Positions 49,001-60,514 of a DNA stretch of 64,000 nucleotides are shown here, piece after piece (positions within the stretch are counted from its first letter, which is position 1; each line of letters opens with the position of its first letter). Both the position numbers and the translations under genes were made by a program. Source of the stretch: Mobula hypostoma (Eukaryota); assembly GCF_963921235.1 (NCBI RefSeq), contig NC_086097.1, positions 90,460,001 to 90,524,000 of the forward strand. Reading direction: 5' to 3'. The notes under the pieces were generated by a model. That model ran no database searches. It saw nothing but the letters and a program-made list of their open reading frames with translations, and was not told where the DNA came from.

Positions 49001-52000
49001 TAGACCCAGTGGCAATGACAGTGCAGTGATATGATTTCAGGTCAGGATGGTGTGTGACTTTGAGGGGACCCTATAGATATGTGTGCTGGCCCCATCTGCT
49101 TCAGTGGTGGAAGTTGCAGGCAGATGTAATGAGCTCTCCAGGCCTGTGTGGGGCGCCGGAGAGTGTTGGGCTCCTGAATTGGTTATTTGTTGTTTAATGA
49201 CAGCTGTTAATCATTTAGATTCCCTTGTGTTTTTCTCTAGCGACTCTTTCTTTGTGATCTGCCAGTTTTTTCTAGTTGAGCTTTTTAATTTTATTTTGAT
49301 AGGCTTGGGGATTCCATATTATTTGTACTATTTAAGTGGATGCCCAATAAGTGCTAATCGCAGGGTCCTAATTTTGAGAATGTTACTTCTCACGGTGTCG
49401 CTCGGCTGAGCTAACGATATTCTTTTGGAATTATTATGGATGAACTCTCATCATCATCTTCATGCGGAGCCTGTCTTTCCTCTGCATTTAGGTTCCAATA
49501 TTGCCAGCATACATTTTGACAGTGTGGGAGTACATAGACAAGTAACTGGAGTGCATTTTGTAGTTGGAGCATCTGCGGCCACTCTGCATGTGTGCAGTGG
49601 AAGAATGTTTTGGGTGGTTGGTAGGCTGCCAGTCAAGTGGGTTGCTTTGATCTGAACCTGAATGACCCATGATGCTGTAGATGCATTATAAATTTATCCC
49701 TCTGTTGTTGACCAAATGCTCTTGGGTCAGGTTGAATGGAGAGCAATTTACTGTGCCAACAAGGTGACCTAAAGAAAATTTTTTCCCTTAAAATCTCAAA
49801 AACTGGACCATCAATACAAAATCACCTTTTACAGTTTTGTGTCCTGATCTCATAGAAGAGTGCGGTATTGGACAGGCCAGGCCATTCAGCTTACGATGTT
49901 GTGCTGATTGTGATACCAATAATATTAAGTGTCCTATTGCTGTGTATGCATATCCCCATCATATTCATGTGTCTATCTAAAAGCCTCTCAAACTGCCTGA
50001 TTCCACTGTTACCCCGGTAACCCAGTCCAGGCACTTACTGCTCTCTGCATAAAATAACTTGCTTCTCACAGTGCCTTTAAACCTTCTCCGTCAAATCTTA
50101 AAAGCATAGCCTCTGGTGTTTGATATTTCTGCCCCAGGAAAAAGATTTTAATTGTCTGTGTTGTGCTCATAATTTTAAAAACCTCTGTCAGGTTTCCTCT
50201 CACCCTATTACACTCTAGGGAGGACAAATCACATTTGTCCAACCTTTCTTTCTAGCAATGCCCTCTAATCCAGGCAGCATCCTACTAAACCACTTCTGCA
50301 AACTTTCTACCTTCCCCACATGCTTCTGATAACGGGAGCAACCAGAATTACAAGTGTGGTCTGACTGAAGTTTTATACAGCTGTAGCATGACATTCTTAC
50401 TATTATACTCTACACCGCTACCTGTGAAGGCAAATATGCCACATGTCTTCTTTACCATCTTACCCACTTGCTTAGCTCAAAGCACACCTTTCCTATAATG
50501 TGGCACTCAGAGCTACACACAATACTCTTAAGTGCAGACTAATTGAAATTTTATATAACTGCAGCATGACTTTCTTATTCTCATACTCAACGCCCTGACC
50601 AGTGAAGGCAAGCATGCCTCCTGGTTTCGCCATCTCAAAATGCCAATATTGCCACTTGGATCCAGCATTTTTGATTTCTCACTGTTCAATAGACACAGAA
50701 TTCAACGATCAAATAATTAATGTGTGGGAGTGTTCTAGCTTCAAGCTCTGGCAGGGAACATTGGGTATTGAGAATGCATGCAGAAAATGCTGAATTTGCT
50801 TGTTATGTGATTTGTTTTATAATTAATTTCAATAGCTGGGGAAAAAATATGTTGAACAGTCATCTGTCTGCCTGGTGAGAGTACAAATCCCAGCAGCCTT
50901 GTGTGTGAATGGAATTGTAATTCATAGTTGGAACGAAAGTGTCGCTGACACAGTTGGAATTTATTGCTAATCTCGGAGGGCATCTTAGAAGTTAGAGGTG
51001 TAGATCTTTAGTATACACATCCGTGGTTTCTTATGGTAATTGGGGCATAGTTAAGGTTTAACTGATTGACCTGGGGACTGGAGCCGAACGTAAATCAGAC
51101 TCATGGGTGGCACAGCTGGTGGTACTGGTGCCATGCAGCTCCAGCCACCAAGGTTCCGTCCCGACCTTGGGTGCCACCTGAGTGGAGTGGAGTTTGCTGG
51201 CTTCTCTGTTACAGTGTTGATTTCCCACAGGTGATTTGGTTCCCTCCCACATCCCAAAGCCGCACAAATTGCTGGGCTAATTGGCCACAGAGTGCAGGTG
51301 AGTGGTAGAATTGGAATGGGGAGGGAATAAAATGAGAGGGTTGGTGTATCTGTGTGGTTGATGGTTTGTTTAGACTCAAGGGGCAGGAGACCCCGTTTTT
51401 ATGCTGTACGCCTCCAAGAGGTGATCTGGAAAGGAAAGGAGGCTTCCTTCCCTATCCTGAAGGGTATTTATGGCAAATCTGCAACTTTTATCTAAACTAA
51501 ATTTTTAATTCTAATTTTGTTTTAAATTAAATTCAAAGTCTGTGGCTGGGTTGAATTCCCATGCATTGTATTATTAATTCAGAAACTCAACAACACATTA
51601 TGTGCCCACATGGAACTGAAATGACTAGAATGGCTTTCTGTAGGAGAGGGTTATCCCAAATCAATTTCTTGCCTCAGTCCCAGTGCAATTCAATCCGAAG
51701 TGATTTCACAGCCCCTTGTAGAATTCTAATGAATAAAGCATACAGATTTTCATATCTTCATGCGTCATTTTTTATAGGACTTGTGGCAGTTTCATGTTTT
51801 TATAGTGGACACCACAGCTCAGACAACAATAAAATGGGAGCAATGAAGCAATTTTTACTCCATAGTGTATCAAATGGGTGTATAAAATCCTATTGCTAAA
51901 TTTTGAAGCAGAGCACATGATCTCTCTGGCCAATACCTAGTCTTCTTATTATGTTATTGTTTTTGCATTGTAGGTGATAAAACAGCCTTACTACACGCAG

Positions 52001-53119
52001 GAGGTTTCTACAAGTTACAATATCTGGGCAATTGGTCGCTGGCTGAAGAATAAAGGCCATTCTTCATTTAGCTCACAGGCTTTTGCAGGTTTGGCTGTGA
52101 GGCAGCAAAACTTTGGACTAAAATCTTCTCTAAAAGATAGATGCCACCTTCAACATTGGACCACTTTTTCAGATTTTTAAAGTAACCAGAATATTTTAGT
52201 CTAAAGCATCAGAAGCTCTCTTGGAACTCAGCAAAAGGAAGGGACAGAGAGGAAATTCAAGTGGGGGGGCGGTTTCATCTGAAATATGCTACCTAAACCC
52301 TTCGTGTTCTTGAGCATTGTCCCCGCATATACAGAATGCTAAGTAATGTGTGAAAGTGATATTCTGGCTGACGAGAGCCGCACAGTGGTACAGTGACAGA
52401 GTAGTTAGCACTATTGCCTCGTGGCTACAGTGACCTAGCTTCAATGCTGGCTGTGATTGCACATTCTCCCCAACACCATGTATGTTTCCCTTGAGTCCTT
52501 TGGTTCATCCTAAATCTTCCCCCTTCCTTCTCAGTCCTGAAAAAGGGTCTTGGCCTGAAACATGAACTGTTTATTCTTTTCCATAGATGCTGCCTGTCTT
52601 GTTGAGTTCCTCCAAGGTTTTCAGTGTGTTGTTATAGGGATATTAGTTGGCTACTGGTGTTTTTTGAATGGTAGGAGAATCAAGAGGGAGATGCTGGACA
52701 TGTGAGGAAGAATAATTTGCAGGGAGGTAAGTGGGGAATTGGGAATATCCTATGAGCTGGCATAGAACTGATGGGTCAAATATTGTCCTGTAAGTAAACA
52801 CAAGAATAAAAGAATATAAATCAAGTATGAAATGTAACATTTGTTGCCAAATCCCTCTATGTTCTTATTTTTCCTAAGACAGTATTCTCCCTCAGATCTT
52901 TCAATCTTCCTAGATCTCTGTTGTGCCATCAGATTAGGGCTCCCGAGCATCTCTGATTTCCCTTGTCTCTCATAGGTGTCCATACTTTTACTGACTAGGA
53001 GCTAAGCTCTCAAGTTCCCTACCTAAGTCACTCCACCTCTCCATATCTTGGTCCTCATTTGCTGATGAGGATTGAATTCCTTAATCAAGATCAGAATCAG
53101 GTTTATTATCACTGATTTA

Positions 53120-53634
53120 CGAGGGGTGATTGATAAGTTTGTGGCCTAAGTTAGAAGGAGTCAATTTTAGAAAACGTAGCACATTTATTTTTCTTTTTTA
53201 AAAATTTTTTATTTTTATTTGGATAAGGAATTCACAAGTATCATTATTTTTCAATGTAGTCCCCTCCTACATTTACACACTTAGTCCAGCGGTCGTGGAG
53301 CACACAGATCTTGGACCTCCAGAAAGTGTCCACAGATGAGTGATTGATAAGTTTGTGGCCTAAGGTAGAAGGAGATGAGTTATACAGCTCTCGTTACATG
53401 CACATGCAGTTCAGCTCTTTGAGTGATTATAACTCATCTCCGTCTACGTTAGGCCACAAACTTATCAATCACCCCTGCTGTGGGCACCTTCTGGAGGTCC
53501 AAGATCCATGTGCTCCACGACCGCTGGACTAAGTGTGTAAATGCAGGAGGGGACTATGTTGAAAAATAAATGTGCTAGGTTTTCTAAAATTGACTCCTTC
53601 TACCCTAGGCTATGAACTTATCAATCACCCTTCG
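53120..53634. mobile_element. Mariner-type palindromic MITE with duplicated internal TIRs
   Basis: TA TSD (53118-53119, 53635-53636) and CGAGGGG termini. Arms are reverse complements around a spacer at 53385-53427. Confidence 0.92.
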
Positions 53635-54824
53635 TATTTCATGAAATTTGTTGTTTTGTGGCAGCACTGCAGTGTAATACATTAAAAATTGCTATAAGTC
53701 ATAATATGAAATATAAAACAAGAAATAAATAAATAGGTAGCAAAAGAGTGAGGTAGTGTTCATGGGTTCATGGACCATTCAGGAATCTGATGGCTGGCTT
53801 GTTCTTTGAGAATAGCTTAAGCAGATTGAGTCTGTGCTCCCTGGAATTTAGCAGTACGAGTGGTGATTTATCAAAATGTACAAACGATTTATTTATTTAT
53901 TTCTTGAGATACAGCACGGAATAGACCTTTCCGGTCCTTCGAATTGTGCTGCCTAGCAACTCCCAATTTAATCCTAACCTAATCATGGGACAGTTTACAA
54001 TGACCAATTAAACCACCAACCAGTATGTCTTTGGACTGTGGGAGGAAATCGGAGCACCCGGACGAAACCCACGCGGTCATGGGGAGAACATTCAAATTCA
54101 TTACAGACAGCAGCAGGTCTTGAAGATAGATACAAAGCTGATGTGTACCCTGACGTGTGGGTCTCTAGAACCAGGCGGTCATAGCCACCCAGAATGGAGC
54201 TGAGCAGAAATTTCTTCAATCCACGCACAGTGAATCTATTTCTTATTGTTATATTTTTGGCACCCTTCCCAACCATATGTGGTTTTGTTGTGCTAATTAC
54301 CCTGAGACATTTAACAACATTATGAATACTCTATAAATGCAAGTGGATGCTGCTGAGGAACAGAATGGTGTCTGGTCCTTGGCTGTTTCACAGAGTGGAT
54401 AGCATCTGTTGTTTCCAGTAGACAATCAGTCTGAACCCTGACATTTCTGATCAAGCCCTGATTTGATCCCTCGTAACACAGCAGAAGGAGGAATAGACTG
54501 ATAACCAATAGACCGAGATCACCTAAAGGCAGTTGCACTTTGCAACTCAAAGGCTGCTCCATCTTTTATCGATGGGTCACATTAGTCTCAGTACAGTGTG
54601 GATTTCTCCAGCTGGAACAGAGGGAATCGTCTTCTTAACCTGATGAAGATAGTTGTATTGAGGTATTAGTTCAAAGGACAGCGCAGAGAAGCTGGAACCG
54701 TTCTCTTAAGTGTAGAGAATGGTCTCATTGGATAGCATTTCCTCGGGTTCAAAAAACCAAAGGCTTGCTTCTTTGTTTTTACATGCAGCAATGTAATTAA
54801 CAGTTGCAAATAAAAATATATATA

Positions 54825-55164
54825 CAGTGGCAGGCAAAAGTTTGGGCAGCCCTGGTCAAAATTTCTGTTACTGTGAATAGCTAGGCAAGTAAAAGATGAC
54901 CTGATTTCCAAAAGGCATAAAGTTAAAGGTGACACATTTCTTTAATATTTTAAGCAAGATTACTTTTTTATTTCCATTTTTTACAGTTTCAAAATAACAA
55001 AAAGGAAAAGGGTCCAAAGCAAATGTTTGGGCACCCTACATGGTCAGTACTTAGCAACACCCCCTTTGGCAAGTATCACAGCTTGTAAACGCTTTCTGTA
55101 GCCAGCTAAGAGTCTTTCAACTCTTGTTTGGGCTTCTAGTTCTGTGAGATTCTTGGGCCGTCTT
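54825..55164 (-). mobile_element. Tc1-family transposon end (IR/DR TIR + transposase C-terminus)
   Basis: TA-CAGTGGCAGGCAAAAGTTTGGGCAGCCCT with an inner DR near 55019-55037. Minus strand encodes [10 protein letters not shown] and ERLLAGYRKRLQAVILAKGGVAKY* (stop 55044-55046). Confidence 0.9.
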
Positions 55165-56125
55165 CAAAGACATTTTCAATCTCTCATTCCTACAGATAGA
55201 AGTTCCCACCTGCTTCAAATGGGCAACAATTCTACCAGTGGCCAAGAAGACCAGGGTGAGATGCCTTAATGACTATCGTCAAGTAGCACTCATATCTATG
55301 GGGATGAAGTGCTTTGAGATGTTGGTTATGACTAGAATTAATTCCTGTCTCAGCAAGGACCTGGACTCACTGCAATTTGCCTATCGGCACAATAGGTCTA
55401 CAGTGGATGCGATCTCACTGGCTCTTCACCTGGCCTTGAATCATCTGGACAATACAAGTACCAATGTCAGGATGCTGCTTATTGACCACAGCTCAGTGTT
55501 TAACACAATCATTCCTACAGTTTGATTTGAAAAGCACCAGAACTTGGGGCGTGGAATCTCCTTCAGCAACTAGATCCTCGACTTCCTAACTGGAAGACCA
55601 TAATCTGTGTGGATCAGAAGTAACATCTCGCTGACAATCATCACAGGGATGTGTGCTTAGCCCACTGCTCTACTCTCTATACCCATGACTGTGTGTCTAA
55701 GCATAGCTTAAATGCCATCTATAAATTTGCTGATGATACGACCATTGAACAGAATTTCAGAAGGTGACAAAATGGTGTAGAGAAGTGAGATATACCAGCT
55801 AGTTGAGTGGTGTCACTGCAACAACCTTCTATTCAGTGTCAGTAAGACCAAAAAGGTGATTGTGGACTTCAGAAAGGGTAGGATGAGGGAACACACACCA
55901 ATCCTCATAGAGAGATCAGAAGTGGAAAGAGTGAGCAATTTCAAGTTCCTGGGTGTCAATATCTCTGAGGATCGCACCTGAACTCAACATATTGATGCAG
56001 CTACAAAGAAGGCACAACAGTAGCCATATTTCATTAGGAGTTTGAGGAGATTTGGTTTGTCACAAAACTCTCGAAATCTCTACAGATGTACTGTGGACAG
56101 CATTCTGACCGCCTGCATCACGTCT
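55165..56125 (+). mobile_element. Rex/Babar-type LINE RT fragment
   Basis: ORF 55238-55525 ([29 protein letters not shown]) and KFADDT-coding sequence. Confidence 0.88.
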
Positions 56126-57150
56126 TGCCTTCATCAGTCAAGATGCTGAGTATAGAAGTTACTTTGCAGTTATATAAGACATTGGTGAGTGTTGTGTACA
56201 GTTGTAGTCACCCTGTTGTAAGGAAGGTGTTACTAAACTAGCAAGATTGCAGAAAAGATTTACCAGGTTGTCGCCTGGACTTGGGGCCCAAGTTACAAAG
56301 AGATGTTGCATAGACTAAGACTTTATTCCCTGGAATGAAGGAAAATGAGGAGTAATCTGATAAGGGTGTGTGAGATCATGAGGGTCATAGACAGGGCGAA
56401 AGCACGTGGTCATTTCCCTATAGAGGGGATGCTAAAACAAGAGTGTACAGGTTTAATATCAGAGGTGAGAGACTTAAAAGACACTTCAGGGCAGCTTCTT
56501 CATGAAAAAGGTGACATGGGTTTGGAATGAACTTCCAGAAACAGTAGCTCATTTAAAACCTTCAAAATTCATCTCGATATGGATATATTTAAAGCAGAGA
56601 TTGATGGGTTATTGGTTAGTAAGGATGTCAATGGTTACGGGGAGAAGGCAGGAGAATGGGGTTGAGAGGGATTTATTTATTTACTGAGATACAGCACAGA
56701 ATAGGCCCTCTGGCCCTTCGAGCCACATCACCCGGCAATTCCCTGATTGAACCCTAGTCTAATCACAGGACAATTTACAATGACCAATTAACCTACCAAC
56801 CAGCACATCTTTGGACTTTGGGAGGAAACTGGAGCACCTGGATGAAACTCACATGGTCGTGGGGAGAACATACAAACTCCTGAGAGGCAGCAGTGGGAAT
56901 TGAACCTGCGTCGCCCATACTGTGAAGTGTTGTGCTAACCCCTACGCTACAATGCTGAATCAGTCATGATTGAATAGCAGAGCAGACTCAATGGGCAGAA
57001 TGGTCTCGTTCTGCTGCCATGTTTTATGGATAGGAGAGGATTAGAGGGCTTCAGGGCAGGGTGGGGCAGATGGGACTAGCTCATGGGTCAGCATGGACAA
57101 GATGGGCTGAAGGGCCTGTTTGCCTGCTGTAGGACTCTATGCCTCTTTGG
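56126..57150 (+). mobile_element. Decayed CR1 3' fragments with inserted SINE
   Basis: CR1 C-terminal similarity (ORF 56345-56530) and 3' UTR motifs. Confidence 0.7.
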
Positions 57151-58242
57151 CTGTTATAGTACTCCAGAAAAATGGCACCTCCTGTCTTCTTGTGATTAAT
57201 CGTTGGACACTAAAAAAAAACCTAAAATCAGGAGATTCTGCAAGTTGGAAATAAATTGCTGACAGTGGACCAAGCAGCAACTGAGGAAGGAGAAACAAAG
57301 TTAACTCCTTTGTAGTTCTGAGAATGGGTCGTCCCTAAAGCATACTTAACTGGAGCTACCATCACAGTTATCGGCACGACTTACTCCAGTAGGACTGAAT
57401 TGAACATCAAAGGGTCATCAATTGAGCCACTGGACGGGTCACCCAAAGAGAGTCCATCGTCCACCATAAAACTCTGTGCTTGTCAAAGGCATGCACTGTC
57501 GCCATAATTGATGGCTTTCTCTCATTTATGCCAGCTAATGCACTGCAGTGTTACTGGTATTGAGATGAATACAAAGCCAGTAGATTGATTTAATATCTTG
57601 TGTGCTCCATGTCTGACTTGCCTAGGGTGCCGATTGATTCATGGGGAAGTTTAACCTGTAATTGAATGTATATCTTTTCCTGAGAAGGAGGTGTCAGAGC
57701 AACTGTATATGTAAAGCCCTGGCTAATCAATGCTGTTGTTACAAAGTGTGGAGCATTATTTCATTTAAACTGAACTTCGGGGCAGAAAGTGAGAATATAC
57801 GACAAGGGAGCAGAAGTAGCTCACACTCAGCCTCTCAAACCTGTCTCACCATACAAAATGATCAGAGCTGATATGTCCCAGGCGTCATTCCTTCCATGCT
57901 GGCTCACCACATCCTGCAATTCTCAGATGTTTCAAAAATGTATCTGCTTCCTCTTTAAAGAGCTCCAGTATCTAGTCTCCACAACCAACCAGAGAAGGGA
58001 ATTTCAGAAATGAATGAAAAGCTTACTTGCAGCACCATCACAGACACATGGCATCAGCTAAGTAGCATCCACAAGAAAAAAATATTGTATGTAAACTAGG
58101 CGCAGATTAGATGGATTCTCTCCAAGATGACACTGGAAAGTGGTGACTCTGCATGCAGTTGGTTAAATGATCAAATATTTCCGTTCAGGACAGCTGCAGC
58201 TGAGATCCACAGTCACACCATGGTTGCTTCAACATTGTTTTA

Positions 58243-58520
58243 GTTAAAGTTAAAGTTTGTCCTGAGCCTTGTGGCCCATCAGGCCGGTGCCTGTGGCGTG
58301 AAGCGACTGAGAGTACGAGACTCCACCCCTGGATAGGACGCCAGTCTATCATGAGGTTAACCCCCAGCATTTGCCGGTACCCATTTTCAGCTGGGTGGAC
58401 TGGAGCAGTGTGTGATAAAGTGCCTTGCTCAAGGACACAACAGGCTGCCTTGGCCGAGACTCGAACCCACGACCTTCAGATTATGAGCCCAAAGCCCTAA
58501 CCACTTGGCCACGCGCCACA
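58243..58520 (-). mobile_element. Full-length tRNA-derived SINE (CORE-like + Meta/V-like body, (ACTTTA)n tail)
   Basis: A-box TGGCCAAGTGG and B-box GGTTCGAGTCT on the minus strand. Perfect 13-bp TSD CAACATTGTTTTA (58230-58242, 58521-58533). Confidence 0.9.
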
Positions 58521-59093
58521 CAACATTGTTTTAAGACTCTTAAAAACCTTATCAATCCTCAAAATCGCTGGACCCCAGACTGCAGACTTGGGATAGAAGT
58601 GCAGTTTCCATTTAAGAAAAAGGAAATGTAGAAGGCGTGCTGGGGTGCAAATGAGATTGAAACGCAAGGCCATGGACTCCTACTCCCCGCTATCCTGCTG
58701 GCGAATGTACTGTCTCCTGAAGATCTCAGAGCAAGACTGCAGTACCAGAGGGCCAGCTGTACACTTCGTGTCACGGAAACATGGCTCACCCCAGATGCAG
58801 CGCTGCAGAACAGCGGAGTCTCTTAGAGATAGAGTGCGCTTCATGATTAACTGACTGCGGTGCACAGACATGGTGGGTTCTAGCTCAGTGTTTCCCACCT
58901 GACCTGCAGTCATGTGACATCCATTTCAAAGTTCAAAGTTCAAAGTAAATTTATTATCACTATGTCTATGATAACAAAGATAAGACTAATGACCCTCTCC
59001 TTACCTCTACGACACTTAAAAACCCTCATGTGATTGCTACACCTTTAAACAACTCACAGAGTTTATAAGCTGGAAAACTACTCACCATGGACG

Positions 59094-59135
59094 AGAACTG
59101 AAGAAGCCTCTCGGATGAGTGGCGAAACGTCTTCT
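59094..59135 (+). ncRNA. Minimal hammerhead ribozyme motif, second family
   Basis: AGAA-CTGAAGA-A-GCCTCTC(GGAT)GAGTGGC-GAAAC-GTC-TTCT. Intact core, 6 of 7 bp in helix II, AGAA/TTCT helix I. Confidence 0.75.
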
Positions 59136-59167
59136 AGACAACACAGGAAGTCCAGGTGCCTTGATTT

Positions 59168-59790
59168 TCAGATTATGAAGACATGCAGTCCTCTTTTATT
59201 GTCATTTAGTAATGCATGCATTAAGAAATGATACAATATTTCCTCCTGTGTGATATCACAAAACACAGGACAGACCAAGACTGAAAAAACCAACAAAACC
59301 ACATAATTATAACATATAGTTACAACAGTGCAACAATACCATAACTTGATGAAGAGCAGTCCATGGCACAGTAAAAAAAGTTCAAAGTCTCTCAAATGTC
59401 CCACATCTCACGCAGATGGGAGAAAGAAAAAAAACTCTCCCTGCCATGCCCGACCACAGTCCGATTCTGAGTCGTCCAAAAACTTCGAGCCTCCGATCAG
59501 CTCTCCGACACCGAATACCGAGCACTGTCTCTATCCGAACGATTCGACCTCAATCTCGGTCACCAACAACAGGCAAAGCCAGGGATTTTGAGGCCTTCCC
59601 TCCAGAAGATTCTCGATCGCACAATAACAACAGCAGCGAACCTGCGTTTCAGAAATTTCTCCAGATGTTCCTCTGTGCTTTCACGTCTATCTCCATTAAA
59701 TCAGAATTGTCCACGGTCCCATTTAACGGATATGATGTCATTTTCACCGGAGGGCTGCGTGCGCGCGGCGCGCTGCTATCTCCTCCTCCT
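59168..59790 (-). mobile_element. Unclassified non-autonomous retroelement (CpG-rich head, T-rich body, AATAAA tail); architecture like 41700-42440(+) and 18650-19365(+)
   Basis: CpG-rich 59450-59780 and minus-strand AATAAA near 59195. No real ORF. Confidence 0.5.
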
Positions 59791-60514
59791 TCCTGTTACA
59801 CTACTTGTTATTATCAATATGTACACCCTGAGATTCATTTTCCTGAGGGCCTTCACGGTAAATACAATAAACACAATTGAATCAATGAAAGACCACACCC
59901 AAAAGGATGGACAAACAACCAGTGTGCAAAGGACAATAAACAAGAAATACAAAAAAAAGAATAAAAAGAAATACTAATAGTAATAACAATAATAATAATA
60001 ATTCAAGGCTTAAGAAACTATGCTAAACAGAGCTCAACAGTAAAAATATAACAAAGGCAATACATACTTTAGTTATACCCATATCAACATATACTTTTGG
60101 CATACTATCTTGGTCTGAAACCAATCTAGAAAATTTATAAAGAAAAATAAGAACTGAAATGACAAATTAACATTACTTAGGACAGAAAAGGGAATTGGAA
60201 TCTGAATCAGGTTTAATATCACTGGCATAAGTTGTGAAACTGTCTTTGTAGCAGCAGTAGAATGCAATACATAATAATAGAAAAAATTGTGAATTACAGC
60301 AAGAATATATATATATATAATAGTTAAATTAAATAAGTAGTGCAAAAATAGAAATAAATGTAGTGAGGGTAGTGCCCTCTTCACCATCTTAATGCCGCTT
60401 TCAGCAAACTATACACCTGCATTTCTTGGTCTTGCTGTTCCACAACTCTACCATTCACTAAATAAGTCCTGCCCTGGTTTGATCTCTCAAAATGCAATAC
60501 CTCACATTTATCGG

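Noticed and set aside
51974..52088. Acceptor TTTTGCATTGTAG followed by an open frame
   Set aside because: No recognisable protein and only a weak donor.
58445..58520. Possible tRNA gene on the minus strand
   Set aside because: It is the head of a TSD-flanked SINE.
58640..58780. Coding-like GC-rich stretch
   Set aside because: It resembles the start of a Rex/Babar ORF (ILLANV...DLRARL), so it is a LINE remnant.
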